Of a stretch of DNA of 64,000 bases, positions 28,840 through 39,654 are shown in pieces (positions within the stretch are counted from its first letter, which is position 1; each line of letters begins with the position of its first letter). Origin of the DNA: an uncultured virus (IMG/VR IMGVR_UViG_3300025502_000012) (lineage: Duplodnaviria > Heunggongvirae > Uroviricota > Caudoviricetes); the IMG/VR virus record IMGVR_UViG_3300025502_000012; one strand, written 5' to 3'. Position numbers and translations under genes: made by a program. The notes beneath the pieces are model-generated. The model was not told the DNA's origin and searched no databases. It saw only the letters and a list, made by a program, of their open reading frames with translations.

Positions 28840-29421
28840 CTATTTATGGGTTTGATTTACACTCATATTCAACCAACCAGTTGCTATGTACTTTTCTTGT
28901 GTTGTAGATACTACACCTCTGTGAGTATGTGTCCACTCTGCTGGCCACATAACTGTTAGACCTTTTTTAGCTTCAACTTTATATTTTTGGTACAACCATT
29001 CTGTTCCAGCATTATCTAAATCATTTAAGTATGTCATGTAAACAATAACTCTACTTAACTCATCAAACATATAAGAGTTTCTTTCGTAATGCCAACTTTT
29101 ATATCCACCACCAATTGGATAGTGCTGTATGTTCATTGGTAATTTTAATTGTAAAGGCATATTACAAAACTCATATTTTTTTCTATATTGCTCTACACCT
29201 ATTGATATAACTTCATTATGGTATCTTACCACAGATGGATCTTTAGAATATGTTGGAACAACAACATCAATAGAATCTTTTATAGACTTATCAATTCTAG
29301 TGTGTTTACCAGAACCGGTATAACCAAAGTCTTTTGTTTCTGTATTGTTTTTATGATACTCTATTAATGCGTCACAGATAGAGTCATCTTGGACTTGAAA
29401 TGTATGTATAAAATTTTCCAT
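28840..29421 (-). CDS. 2OG-Fe(II) oxygenase
   Basis: WHYE, YMTYLND, WPAEWTHTHRG, KYIATGW. Confidence 0.88.
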   Translation of the reverse strand: MENFIHTFQVQDDSICDALIEYHKNNTETKDFGYTGSGKHTRIDKSIKDSIDVVVPTYSKDPSVVRYHNEVISIGVEQYRKKYEFCNMPLQLKLPMNIQHYPIGGGYKSWHYERNSYMFDELSRVIVYMTYLNDLDNAGTEWLYQKYKVEAKKGLTVMWPAEWTHTHRGVVSTTQEKYIATGWLNMSVNQTHK

Positions 29422-29438
29422 AATGTAATATAATCTAT

Positions 29439-30245
29439 TTATTCGTCAGTATCTGTATCAGGATTGTATTTCTTACCGTCTGTGTGAGCTGTTATTGTTG
29501 TTGTAAATCCAAAATCATCATCAGCGTCAGCGCTAGTAGGATTAGGTACAGTAATAATTCTTGTTTCTCTTGCTTTAGAGTTTACATCTGTATTAGAATA
29601 TATGTCAGCTTGTGTTTCTTTAATGACTTTTTGAGTATTCGCTGGACCAAATAAGTATGTCTTCGCTGTAAATCCTAAAGTATAAACTACAGCTCTTCTC
29701 GCTGAGAAGTCACCATTATAACTATCTTCGTAATTAACATTATTTAAAACAATAGGAACATCTCTTTTAATATCTAATTCAGGTATCGCATTTACAGTCA
29801 CAGTATAGTCTGGTTGAAAGAAAGGTAAAATTTGTTCTATAATTTGTAATCCACCTTCAGCTGTTGCCGTAAATGAATATAAGTTGTATGATATATTATA
29901 AGGAACTGGAGTATAATTATAATTTAATACTTTACCATCTGCACTTGTCTTAACAGTTTTGTACTTCTGCATCCTTGATAGTTTACGACTACCATCATAT
30001 TCAATTCCAGTAATCTCAAAACCCATACGAGGTAAAGTAATCGCAAATTCTCTATTGTCTAAATCAGGTTGTTGATCTAATCTAACTAAAAACTTTTCTT
30101 TAGGAGCATAAGCTAAAGGAACTTGAATACTTTGTACTGTAGTACCACTAGAGTCTTTTCTTTTAATCTGTATGTTATTGAATATTTGACCAAAGGCAAT
30201 GGTCATTCTTCTCATACTTTCGTTGTAAAAATATTTTCCAAACAT
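29439..30245 (-). CDS. gp15: Tail sheath stabilizer
   Basis: VPLAYAPKEKF, LPRMGFE, QIIEQILPFFQP. Confidence 0.93.
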   Translation of the reverse strand: MFGKYFYNESMRRMTIAFGQIFNNIQIKRKDSSGTTVQSIQVPLAYAPKEKFLVRLDQQPDLDNREFAITLPRMGFEITGIEYDGSRKLSRMQKYKTVKTSADGKVLNYNYTPVPYNISYNLYSFTATAEGGLQIIEQILPFFQPDYTVTVNAIPELDIKRDVPIVLNNVNYEDSYNGDFSARRAVVYTLGFTAKTYLFGPANTQKVIKETQADIYSNTDVNSKARETRIITVPNPTSADADDDFGFTTTITAHTDGKKYNPDTDTDE

Positions 30246-31043
30246 TTAAAAATCCACATCTCCGAACGGGTTTCGTTCTGTAAAGTCTAATATATCATCT
30301 GCAGTTGACGCTGTGTCAAAACCAGCAGCACTATCTAAATCTAAATTATCAGCATAAGGCGATTGAGTTTGTAAAGCGTAATCTTCATTAATAAAGTAAT
30401 TAGATTCTCCATCAGCACTATCGTTCTCTAATAACAATGCACCTGTTCCACCATCTGTTGCTGTTTCTAAACTAACTTGATGTTGTAATTGATCTAAAGT
30501 GTATTTGTCTTCAGCCGCATCTATTCCATCAACGCCTGTATTTAATTCTTCAGAACTGTATTCCCATCTAGTACATACTAGTTTATAAACAGGTAAATTT
30601 CCTAATTGAAAGAAAGGCTCTTGGTCTTGTACAAATTTAATTTCAAAAAAACTATTCATCAAAGGCATATAAATTATATCGCCTTCGTTTGGTCTTCCTT
30701 CAGCAATCAATGTAGCTTTTTCATCTACTGCATCGTTAAATCTTCTTTTCGCAACCATAAAGGTTGTATCTTCTCTAATCTCTAAACCAAACTTATTAAC
30801 TATCTCTTGTTCACCAGCAAAACCTTCAGTAGTTTCCATATACATTTCAAGTAAAAGTGCAGATGAAAATTTAGACAGCATATCTTCGCCTAAAATTAAA
30901 TCTCTATTTACTAGTGTTCGTGGTAAGTAATAACAATCTTGGCCGTAGATTTTTAGGCCTTCTATGATTAAGTCTTCGTATAATCTTTGTTCTTCGGTAG
31001 AACCTATGCCTTTGCCAGCTTGAAAATAATGATTGACTGCCAT
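30246..31043 (-). CDS. gp14: Neck protein
   Basis: YYLPRT, KFGLEIRE, RPNEGDIIY, PFFQLG, NPFG. Confidence 0.93.
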   Translation of the reverse strand: MAVNHYFQAGKGIGSTEEQRLYEDLIIEGLKIYGQDCYYLPRTLVNRDLILGEDMLSKFSSALLLEMYMETTEGFAGEQEIVNKFGLEIREDTTFMVAKRRFNDAVDEKATLIAEGRPNEGDIIYMPLMNSFFEIKFVQDQEPFFQLGNLPVYKLVCTRWEYSSEELNTGVDGIDAAEDKYTLDQLQHQVSLETATDGGTGALLLENDSADGESNYFINEDYALQTQSPYADNLDLDSAAGFDTASTADDILDFTERNPFGDVDF

Positions 31044-31047
31044 GGCA

Positions 31048-31857
31048 TTATCCTATCATCATTGCTGGGTTTAATTCGTAAGTTGTTCTTAATTCTGTTT
31101 CTAATTTATCAATATCTGCTAAAGCTTCTGAATATATTTGACCACCATTTAAAGAAACTCCACCAATCATTGCTACTCCATTAAATTTAGACAAGTTAGC
31201 GCCCCATTGTTTTTTGAATAATGCAGTCACATATCTTTTTAAATATAAGTCATTATATACATCTGTGAAAGTATCAGGATCTAATTTTCTATAACATTCT
31301 ATAACTAGATATTCACCAATTTGTAAATCGTTTTTCCAATCCATATCAATGTATAGTCTATTATCGTGTTGATTAAATCTCATAGGTTTTTCACCAACAA
31401 GTATATGGTCTAGGAAATCCAACTGTCTCATAACTACATCAAAGTTAATTATAGAAGTTGAAGAAAAATCATAAAGGTCGTTTAATCTCATTTGGTATCT
31501 AACATCAAATAAGTTTAAATTGCCTTTACTTGAAAATGGTAATACATTAATTACCGATACAACACTTTCAGGTACAACGATAAATCCTTGTCCTTCTTTC
31601 CAAGTTGAAGTAATTGAATTTTTAGTAGTTGATTCAGAAGAAGCATCTACTGTCATTCTATTATAATCTTCTTGTGTATATTGATATTTTAGATATGTTC
31701 TTCTTATAGCATCATAATGATATTGTGTAAAATATTGTAATGCTTCGTCAATTCTATCTTCTAATTGATCATCATCAGCGTTAATTTCAATCACAGGTTT
31801 CCCTAGTGCTCTTAACGCATATTGTTTTAACGATTCTCTTGTTGCTGGTTGTGCCAT
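31048..31857 (-). CDS. gp13: Neck protein
   Basis: LRALGKPVIEIN, KQWGANLSKF, GGVSLNG. Confidence 0.93.
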   Translation of the reverse strand: MAQPATRESLKQYALRALGKPVIEINADDDQLEDRIDEALQYFTQYHYDAIRRTYLKYQYTQEDYNRMTVDASSESTTKNSITSTWKEGQGFIVVPESVVSVINVLPFSSKGNLNLFDVRYQMRLNDLYDFSSTSIINFDVVMRQLDFLDHILVGEKPMRFNQHDNRLYIDMDWKNDLQIGEYLVIECYRKLDPDTFTDVYNDLYLKRYVTALFKKQWGANLSKFNGVAMIGGVSLNGGQIYSEALADIDKLETELRTTYELNPAMMIG

Positions 31858-31883
31858 TTATTTTCCCTTATTCTACTGGAGAA

Positions 31884-31891
31884 TATTTATA
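31884..31891 (-). promoter_or_regulatory. T4-type late promoter
   Basis: TATAAATA upstream of gp13. Confidence 0.75.
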
Positions 31892-31894
31892 ATA

Positions 31895-32674
31895 CTAACC
31901 TAATGCAATAGCTTGCGCTATGGCGAAAGATTGTACAGCTAAACCTGCTACTAATGCTGATCTACTAATCTTTTTAAGACCACCACCTGAAGTATCTATT
32001 GCCAGTAATACATCATCAGTCGCTACTGAAGTAATTTCTGCTAATGCACTTACAGCTTTAGAACTAAATTTACTACCGTCAGCTACCATGATATTACCAG
32101 ATGTGTTTGTTCCTAGTACAATATCATTGCTTGATTGAGTTAATCCACCTGTAATACTTAAACTCTCACCCATTTCAATAACTGTTGAGTCTGCTGATGT
32201 AATAGTATTTCCAGTTATAGTAATACCACCAGCTGTTAAACTTGTTATACCTGTAATTGAAGAACTAGCAAAAGTAATTGCGCTTGTAGGTATATTTGAA
32301 AGAGTATTAGAAGCACCACTTATAGTTTTGTTTGTAAGTGTGGCAGTTGTATCTTTGATAGCAGTCTGTATTTGAGCTAATGTTGCTCTTCCCTCACTAC
32401 CACCATCTGAAACCATAAATTGGTCACCTGATACTAATGTTGCTGCGGTTAAATTTGTTGCTGTATCAATATTAATGATTGCTTCAACTGCGCCAAATTC
32501 TAACGCACTAGCACCACTATTTACTTTTAATACTTGTCCTGCTGAACCGATAGCCAAAGAAACACCTATACCTCCGTGTGTTAAAGGTATAAATTCACCT
32601 GTTTGGTATTCTGCTAGACCAGTGGCATTACCACCGTCATCAAATACGGTTCTTACTGGTACTTTTGAACTCAT
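31895..32674 (-). CDS. Fibre-like virion protein
   Basis: Thr/Ser/Gly-rich, TLTNKTI repeat, C-terminal FAIAQAIALG; TATAAATA at 32693-32700. Confidence 0.7.
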   Translation of the reverse strand: MSSKVPVRTVFDDGGNATGLAEYQTGEFIPLTHGGIGVSLAIGSAGQVLKVNSGASALEFGAVEAIINIDTATNLTAATLVSGDQFMVSDGGSEGRATLAQIQTAIKDTTATLTNKTISGASNTLSNIPTSAITFASSSITGITSLTAGGITITGNTITSADSTVIEMGESLSITGGLTQSSNDIVLGTNTSGNIMVADGSKFSSKAVSALAEITSVATDDVLLAIDTSGGGLKKISRSALVAGLAVQSFAIAQAIALG

Positions 32675-32711
32675 TTTATTCTCCTATTAAACTATTTATA
32701 TGTATTTTTTA

Positions 32712-34181
32712 TTAGAAACTAAACAATTCAAATTTTGCTTGTGTCGTTCCGTTTGCCTTTTTAAATGATGTAAATACTGATGCATTTGAAGACCCTGCTG
32801 CCATTGTAAATGTAGTGGCCGCTGTACTCAAACCTCCAGCTTGTGTGAATAGTTGTACATCTTTTGTAGATACACCCACAGAGTTTGACTTCGCTATTCT
32901 ATCATTACCTAATTTTGAACCAGCAGGTAAAGTCACTCCTGTTGAAGAAATCAATATCTGTCCTGTTCCATCACCCGAAATTGTTGCTCCAGCCAAGTCA
33001 ATCGTATTACCTGACAAGTAAATATCACGCCATCTTCTGTTAGGTGATCCTAAATCATAAGTTAATGTTGTTAATGGTTCTAAATTTGAAATAAATCTTG
33101 CTGTGACATTGATTGTATCTTCTGTTGAATCTCCAGTATTGACACCAATAACTGTATCACCTTTTAATGTAGTATCATTTGAAACTTCTAATGTTGAACC
33201 AGCAACATATACATTTTGAAAATAACCATTTCTAAAATTCTTAGCTGATGAACCAATATCTCTACTATTGTTTGTATCAGGTATAATATTTTGATCTACT
33301 GCTGATAGGTCACTAGCAACTTCACCGAAGTCATATTGTTTTGTTGACGCATTATATTTTAAAGCGAAACCATCTGCTTGACTTGAAATATCCACATCGT
33401 CCATGTTAGATATTTTGGTACTACCACCACCACCTAGAGATTGTAATTGTAAAGTTGTTAATTGTTTAAATCTACTAAATTCTGATGTTAGTTTTTCTAT
33501 ATTAGTATCACCTGACACAATATCCTCTTTGATTGATTGTGCGTGTTTAGTCAATTCTTTTACAACATCATCTTTGTTTGTAATTTCTACATTAGCAGTA
33601 TCAGCAATTCTATCTTGTTGTAAACTTCTTATAGGTGTTGTTTCAGTATTGATAACTTGTTTAACATTGTTTATTAAATCTTCAGATACTAGATTTGTTG
33701 TAGATTTTGATTTAATAAATTTAGTAAAGTCATTCTCAGTAATATTAGTTTTGACAATTTCTTCTTTTTGATATGTACTAACAGCACTTGTTAAGTCTTT
33801 TAGTGTGTCTAATAATTTGTTTTCATCAATAGTAGCTTTAGTTTTATCTTTAACAACATTATCAAACTTAGGCAAATCAAATAATGCTTTAAGTTTTTCT
33901 TGTTTTTGTTGTTCTGATAGTATTGCTACTTCTAGTGATTTTTTCTCTTTCGCTAATTCTTGTAGTTGATTATCTTGTTCTTTACTTACAGCTAATTCTA
34001 ATTCTTTCTTTTCTGCTAAGAGAGTTGTATATTCTGAATCTTGTTGAGCTTTTACTTCTTCTTGTAATTTATTTTTTTCTTTGATTAACTCTAATATCTC
34101 TTTATCTTGTTCTTCAGATTTGATAGTATTATCATAATTACCTGCAAGTTGATTAAAAAACTTTTCTAAATCTTTTGTCAT
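32712..34181 (-). CDS. Coiled-coil plus fibre-like virion protein
   Basis: Charged heptad N-terminal half, GGGG hinge, repeated DLGS..RW..IY-type motifs. Confidence 0.6.
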   Translation of the reverse strand: MTKDLEKFFNQLAGNYDNTIKSEEQDKEILELIKEKNKLQEEVKAQQDSEYTTLLAEKKELELAVSKEQDNQLQELAKEKKSLEVAILSEQQKQEKLKALFDLPKFDNVVKDKTKATIDENKLLDTLKDLTSAVSTYQKEEIVKTNITENDFTKFIKSKSTTNLVSEDLINNVKQVINTETTPIRSLQQDRIADTANVEITNKDDVVKELTKHAQSIKEDIVSGDTNIEKLTSEFSRFKQLTTLQLQSLGGGGSTKISNMDDVDISSQADGFALKYNASTKQYDFGEVASDLSAVDQNIIPDTNNSRDIGSSAKNFRNGYFQNVYVAGSTLEVSNDTTLKGDTVIGVNTGDSTEDTINVTARFISNLEPLTTLTYDLGSPNRRWRDIYLSGNTIDLAGATISGDGTGQILISSTGVTLPAGSKLGNDRIAKSNSVGVSTKDVQLFTQAGGLSTAATTFTMAAGSSNASVFTSFKKANGTTQAKFELFSF

Positions 34182-34531
34182 TAGAATTTTGTCACCTCTG
34201 GATTAATAGTAATAATACCATTGTGTACTTTTTCAATAGTGGAGTCTGCCAATATTAATTCTACATCATATACATAACGACCTGCGTCTATCGCAGCAGT
34301 TATAGTATCTGTAAGTGTTAATTTGTAAGTACCAGCAGTACCTGAAACTATTGAACAAATAAATGTGGCAGTTCTTGTAGATGAAGAAAAACCTTTTCTC
34401 ATTTGAGCTTGTATGGTTAAACCACTAATATCGTATGCTGTAGATCCATCGGTTGTGATTGTTAGTGTTCTACTAAAATCTGCGCCTTGATCTATTACAA
34501 AATTTTCTGCTGTTTTTTGTGTGATTGCCAT
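34181..34531 (-). CDS. Small virion structural protein
   Basis: IDQGADF, AQMRK and GRYVYDVE motifs common in T4-like marine phages. Confidence 0.65.
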   Translation of the reverse strand: MAITQKTAENFVIDQGADFSRTLTITTDGSTAYDISGLTIQAQMRKGFSSSTRTATFICSIVSGTAGTYKLTLTDTITAAIDAGRYVYDVELILADSTIEKVHNGIITINPEVTKF

Positions 34532-34579
34532 TGTTCTCTCTCGTTATTAGTATATTTATGTATTTTATATTGTACATTT

Positions 34580-35200
34580 TTATTTAATTGATAAAGAATA
34601 CTCCATTTTTCCTAAGTCCCCTTTAATAAAAGCGTTGAAAGCTAGTGAATATCTACAATCATTATTCATATTTTTTGTCACAGAATGGTTTAAATGAGAT
34701 GGAAATAATAATATATCACCAGCTTTTACTTTAACTGCAACTACTTCACTATTAATCATATTGTCTTCTGTGTATTCAAACCTTAACATCTCAGGAAAAG
34801 CAGATTTGTTAAAGTGTTGATGGAACTTAATGTCACCAGAGTCTTTAGGGGTTTTTAAGTAATATACTCCACTTACTAAAGAATTAGCATGATAGTGCAT
34901 ACCTGACCAATCACCCTTATTGTGTTTTACTAACCAAGATGTAGTAAAATAAAATTTAGTACGCTCATCTACTTTTAACCAATCTCTTACATAATTATTT
35001 AAATGATCTTCTATATCATTCTTTAAATCCGTTTGTTCTAATATGTTTCTATCTTTTGATATATCACCATTATCAGTTTCCATTCTTTCAAATTTAGTAG
35101 TATTACAGAAATCTAACCACTTGTCTTTTACTTCAATCGTAGATTGGTAAATAGGAGTTGGCCACGCCTCATGTTTACTGTAAGCTATTGGTGTACTCAT
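34580..35200 (-). CDS. 2OG-Fe(II) oxygenase-like protein
   Basis: HYHANSLVSGVYYL, LLFPSHLNHSV, RYSLAFN. Confidence 0.88.
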   Translation of the reverse strand: MSTPIAYSKHEAWPTPIYQSTIEVKDKWLDFCNTTKFERMETDNGDISKDRNILEQTDLKNDIEDHLNNYVRDWLKVDERTKFYFTTSWLVKHNKGDWSGMHYHANSLVSGVYYLKTPKDSGDIKFHQHFNKSAFPEMLRFEYTEDNMINSEVVAVKVKAGDILLFPSHLNHSVTKNMNNDCRYSLAFNAFIKGDLGKMEYSLSIK

Positions 35201-35868
35201 CTTGTAGGTTGTCCATAGTAGAAATGAGTTATTGTAAACTTACCACTGCTACCATTATCTTGTTGATTAAATTTTAACGCATTAGATTTATGTAAAAACA
35301 TTGATGGAAACAAAACTGCTCTATTATGTTTTAGTTTAATTGTTGTATTTGATTCTTCAAACTCTAAATCACCACCTTCAAATGATTTTGGTTCTTTTAC
35401 AAACCAAATTAAATTTGTCCAATGATAAGAGTCATGGTGAGAATTGTAGTAATCACTATTATTATAATATGATACAAAAGAAGTAATAGCATTTGATGAA
35501 AAAAATGATCTACCATAATGACCACAATCATTTATCTTATGATGTAATTCTAACATCTTTTGTTTATATGTACAATTTAAGATATTAGATTGGTTTCTAC
35601 TTTCATCTCTATAAATCTTGTCTAGGTAATATCTATTATGTTTTCCTTTAGACTCTCCATTAGCCTCTTTGGCTACAATACCATCTTCAGCTTTGTCAAT
35701 TGGATTACTAGCATAATATTCTAATTCTTTCCAAATACCTTGTTCTTCTTCAGGTGTATACCAGTTGTCTACCAGAACAAATGGAAACATTGGATTATCT
35801 TTTATTGTTCTTATTTCCCAACTTTGTTTAATATCTTTTATATCATCTTTAAAATTAATACTAATCAT
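35197..35868 (-). CDS. 2OG-Fe(II) oxygenase (prolyl-hydroxylase-like)
   Basis: HHD, FEGGDL, LFPSMFLH. Confidence 0.85.
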   Translation of the reverse strand: MISINFKDDIKDIKQSWEIRTIKDNPMFPFVLVDNWYTPEEEQGIWKELEYYASNPIDKAEDGIVAKEANGESKGKHNRYYLDKIYRDESRNQSNILNCTYKQKMLELHHKINDCGHYGRSFFSSNAITSFVSYYNNSDYYNSHHDSYHWTNLIWFVKEPKSFEGGDLEFEESNTTIKLKHNRAVLFPSMFLHKSNALKFNQQDNGSSGKFTITHFYYGQPTR

Positions 35869-36607
35869 AAACTATTTTATCAGTTTTCTTTTTATCATGT
35901 TCAAGTGTATATTTTTTCTTTAGAGTAAATATGTCTTTTGGTAATCCTATAAAAGGTCTTTTATCATAAGTTATATTGTTCTTACCTTCTCTCTCATTAT
36001 AGTGTAGAAAGACTTGAGCGTGATTATTAGCAGGTAAAGGTTCTCTCCAATGTTCTACTTCACACCCTCTATATATTATCAAATCTCCTGGACTTAAATG
36101 TACTGCTGCTCCTGGAGTACCAATATCTCCATCTTTAGGACCAACAAACATAGGCCAATTCCAGTTTTTTTCTTTTAAGTTTTCATTGTCATAACCTAAA
36201 CACATTGTAGTTGATATTTCACAACTAGGTCTATCTTTATGTCTAGTTAATTCTGTTCCTTTTGTATAAAGTCTATGATATGAATAAGTAGGAGTTAGTT
36301 TTAATCCACAAGCATGTTCTATTTTATGAGTTATTAAAATCATTAATGTATCAAAAAACATATCCCCATATTTACTAAAATCACCTGGCGCTTGCTTATC
36401 TGTAAATGTACCCCATACTTCTTTATCATAATTACCATAACCCAACTGTTCATCTAATAGAGTTAATCTTGTACATTCAAATTTAACATAGTTATAGCAA
36501 AAAGTTGCCATATCTTTATCAATTACTTTTTCTAATTTAACCCAACCATGTTCTTTAAAAAATTCTGCTGCTGATGTATTCATAATTTTATCTAAATGGT
36601 TTACCAC
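35861..36607 (-). CDS. 2OG-Fe(II) oxygenase-like protein
   Basis: PTYSYHRLY, HKDRPSCEIS, YRGCEVEHWRE, QVFLHY. Confidence 0.85.
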   Translation of the reverse strand: MVNHLDKIMNTSAAEFFKEHGWVKLEKVIDKDMATFCYNYVKFECTRLTLLDEQLGYGNYDKEVWGTFTDKQAPGDFSKYGDMFFDTLMILITHKIEHACGLKLTPTYSYHRLYTKGTELTRHKDRPSCEISTTMCLGYDNENLKEKNWNWPMFVGPKDGDIGTPGAAVHLSPGDLIIYRGCEVEHWREPLPANNHAQVFLHYNEREGKNNITYDKRPFIGLPKDIFTLKKKYTLEHDKKKTDKIVYD

Positions 36608-37355
36608 ATAGCCATAATACTAATGAATATCTGGTACCTCTTGTTATAGGTGTGACTTGATGATATGTAAAAGATGGAAAAAATATTATAGAACCTTGAG
36701 GTCTTATCTCTATACACTCATGGAATCTTTTTCCTCCAGCATGTGGACCAAAATCAAATTTTAAATTACCACCATCGTAAGATCCTGCCTCATTCAAATT
36801 AATTGTCATAGATATTTTTCTAACTTTACCTACTAAATTTTCATTGGGTGTGTAAGTTGGTGGCCACTTACCGTCTTTATCAGTTGGTGTGACACCTGGT
36901 ACATATCTTTTATATGCTCTATGATTACAACCACCGCCGTCTGAATGCCAACCATAAAACTGATTTAATCCATACTTTGTAAATTGTATATCTTCACCAA
37001 AATCTATATCATACTTCCAGCCAGATTTTTCATTAGCTTCTATTAAGTATGGCCATATCAAATCATAAACCCATTGGTCATTAAACCAAGAAGTTTCACT
37101 ATCTCTTACATATGAGTGTTTTTCAGTATCTTCAACACCAGTTTCTTTATAGAGTTGCTCGTGCGTCTTATCGCCTAATGGAATCCCACCAGAATCATCA
37201 CCTTGTTTGTGATTATTGCCTAATGTAGTGGCTGCTGTAGATAAGCCTTTTGACTTTTTATTAATGAGTAAGGATTCACCATAATCAATAATTTTTTTAC
37301 ATTGATCAGGCGAAAGTGCGCTTTTAAAAAAGTAATATGAATTACTAGGTTGCAT
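36588..37355 (-). CDS. 2OG-Fe(II) oxygenase (PKHD-type)
   Basis: WHSD, RKISMTINL, YDGG, FPSFTYHQVTPITRGTRYSLVLW. Confidence 0.9.
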   Translation of the reverse strand: MQPSNSYYFFKSALSPDQCKKIIDYGESLLINKKSKGLSTAATTLGNNHKQGDDSGGIPLGDKTHEQLYKETGVEDTEKHSYVRDSETSWFNDQWVYDLIWPYLIEANEKSGWKYDIDFGEDIQFTKYGLNQFYGWHSDGGGCNHRAYKRYVPGVTPTDKDGKWPPTYTPNENLVGKVRKISMTINLNEAGSYDGGNLKFDFGPHAGGKRFHECIEIRPQGSIIFFPSFTYHQVTPITRGTRYSLVLWLCGKPFR

Positions 37356-37381
37356 AATATAATATACTTATATAAAATAAT

Positions 37382-37768
37382 TTATTGCTTTTTCAATTTG
37401 CTTTTGTTATAGTTTTCTACTATTTTTTTAACAACAAAATCACCCAGTTCAGCATCTACTGTATATCCATATATAGGTACTCTTATTTTACCTTCTGGTT
37501 TACTTACCAATCTATGACCTTGTAAATGTGATTGAAAGTTTGGTATGTTTTTTGTACATTGTATCCACATATTTTGAGATAAGTCTATCTCTGGATAATC
37601 TGTTATTTGATATTTAAGTTTTAATTGTTCACAAAACATATCCAAAGGTATCTCTTTGTTAGTTTGTAAATCTCTAATTAATTCTTTTATAACTCTTTTG
37701 AAATTCTCGTCCGTCATCATATCTTTATTAAATACGATTTCTTTTTCTGAATTATTATCACTTGTCAT
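37382..37768 (-). CDS. Hypothetical protein
   Basis: Intact ORF with AGGAG RBS and TATAAATA at 37800-37807. Confidence 0.6.
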   Translation of the reverse strand: MTSDNNSEKEIVFNKDMMTDENFKRVIKELIRDLQTNKEIPLDMFCEQLKLKYQITDYPEIDLSQNMWIQCTKNIPNFQSHLQGHRLVSKPEGKIRVPIYGYTVDAELGDFVVKKIVENYNKSKLKKQ

Positions 37769-37813
37769 TGTTATTCACTCCTTTTAATTATTCACTATCT
37801 ATTTATATGATAC

Positions 37814-37836
37814 AAAAAAGGCGTCCTAAGACGCCT
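37814..37836 (-). terminator. Rho-independent terminator
   Basis: AGGCGTC-TTAG-GACGCCT followed by a T run. Confidence 0.8.
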
Positions 37837-37851
37837 CTTTATAAATTTGTA

Positions 37852-39369
37852 TTATGCTTTGATGATAACTACGCCAGATCCACCTGTTGATCTAGGGTTA
37901 TCAGCAGGACCAGTTGCTTGAGGTCTTCCAGCACCACCAGAACCTCTACTATCTAATCCATCAGCTGGAAAATCTACAGTTGGCGCAGGGTTTGGACCAC
38001 CGCCTCCTGTACCACCAGCACCACTAGCACTTCCACCACCACCAGCGTATATTACTGAAGTTGTTCCGTCTGATACTGTGTAAGCTCTTCCATCTCCACC
38101 GGTTCCACTAGAACCAGGTGTACCTGCAGTACCAGCGCCACCGCCGCCGCCGCCACTTGATCCACCGTTGTTTCCGAAGCCATAAGCTCCTGATTGACCT
38201 GGTTGAGTAGGTTGAGTTGCTATACCAGCTGGTCCTTGTAGACCTCTACCTGATTGTCCACCACCACTTCCGGAACCTCCCGCTGTACCTGGTTGATAAC
38301 CGATAATGTAAAATCCTTGTTTACCAACACCACCACCTTTAGCAGTTAATGTTCCAAATACTGAATCTTGTCCATCTGTAAATTCACCACCGCCACCGAC
38401 TGTGACTGGCATTGTTGCACCTGGTGTCACTGTGAAACCTGGAACGAATATTAATCCACCGGCTCCACCGCCACCATTATTTCCGTGTACTGCTGGGTCT
38501 GCACCTGCTGGACGATTACCGGGATAACCCCTTGACCCTCCGCCACCAGCAACTACTAGTACATCTACTGCAGTTGTTCCTGTTGGTACAACATAGTCTG
38601 CGGATGCAGTTAATGTTGTAAAACTTGGACCAACGACTGTAATAGAAAAATCTCTAAATGAAATGTTTGAGTTTGCGTCTGTTGCTTTTAATCTAAAGTT
38701 GTAAATTACATCTGAAGTAGGTAAAGTACCCGTCACAGAACCGCCGATAGTCGCTTGACCATTATCTCCAGCTGTTAATGTCATTCCTGGTGGAAAAGAA
38801 CCTGATTCTAATTCAAAAGCAGGATCACTTCCTGACTCTGGGTCAAAAGCTTCTACAACAAAACTTCCTGATGCTCTACAAGAACCTAATGAACCTGCAG
38901 TTGTCACAAATGTTGGAGCTCCATCAACATTAATTTGATTTTCTAAAACAAGTGTTAAACCTGTACCGTTTGTGACTGATATATCATAAGGTTCGTTAGC
39001 GTTTAAAAAGTTTGATTTAGCAGCAACACAAGTTAATTGTGTTAAGCTATCAATTGACACAGAGTTAAATACTACATTTGCTCCACCATTAGTAATTAGT
39101 TTTGCTGTTGTACCTGCATTAAATCCTGTACCTGTGACAGTAAAAGCTTGAGTTCCACTACCATCACCTCTTGCTACTGAAGTAGGAGATATGCCTGTGA
39201 CAGTTGGTGCTTGAATACCAATGCTTGCTGTGTTAGTTTGTCTTAATTGATTTAAACTTGTATCGTAAATTAATACTTTATCATCTGTAGCTACTGATGC
39301 TTGTGGATTTACAGTATGCCCAGATACTACAGTTTGATTTAAATTTGATTGTCTTATTTTTCCCGCCAT
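37852..39369 (-). CDS. Putative receptor-binding fibre protein with Ig-like and glycine-rich domains
   Basis: IPT/Ig-like segments followed by a GGGG-rich C-terminal domain ending GGSGVVII. Confidence 0.7.
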   Translation of the reverse strand: MAGKIRQSNLNQTVVSGHTVNPQASVATDDKVLIYDTSLNQLRQTNTASIGIQAPTVTGISPTSVARGDGSGTQAFTVTGTGFNAGTTAKLITNGGANVVFNSVSIDSLTQLTCVAAKSNFLNANEPYDISVTNGTGLTLVLENQINVDGAPTFVTTAGSLGSCRASGSFVVEAFDPESGSDPAFELESGSFPPGMTLTAGDNGQATIGGSVTGTLPTSDVIYNFRLKATDANSNISFRDFSITVVGPSFTTLTASADYVVPTGTTAVDVLVVAGGGGSRGYPGNRPAGADPAVHGNNGGGGAGGLIFVPGFTVTPGATMPVTVGGGGEFTDGQDSVFGTLTAKGGGVGKQGFYIIGYQPGTAGGSGSGGGQSGRGLQGPAGIATQPTQPGQSGAYGFGNNGGSSGGGGGGAGTAGTPGSSGTGGDGRAYTVSDGTTSVIYAGGGGSASGAGGTGGGGPNPAPTVDFPADGLDSRGSGGAGRPQATGPADNPRSTGGSGVVIIKA

Positions 39370-39378
39370 AATTTCTCC

Positions 39379-39621
39379 CTATACCGGCATTTCTCTAACG
39401 ATTAAATCGTCTGATGGTGCTGGTGCAACTACCATTGTTAAAGTTGTTCCTGATATTGAATAATCAGCTGATTTAGATTGTGTCACTCCATTAAGTGTGA
39501 CAATAGTCTTATCTTCAGTCATGCCTTGTGTGACAGTGAAAGTTTTTGTAGACCCATCGGCTGTCATCGCTCTTACTTTAATCTCTGTAGGATTATCTTT
39601 ACCATTTATATATCTTACCAT
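39379..39621 (-). CDS. Small fibre adaptor-like protein
   Basis: Single copy of the DGS..TFT...NG...DY.ISGTTLT...AP repeat. Confidence 0.6.
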   Translation of the reverse strand: MVRYINGKDNPTEIKVRAMTADGSTKTFTVTQGMTEDKTIVTLNGVTQSKSADYSISGTTLTMVVAPAPSDDLIVREMPV

Positions 39622-39654
39622 TTTGTCTACCTTATTATAATTCTTATTGTGTTA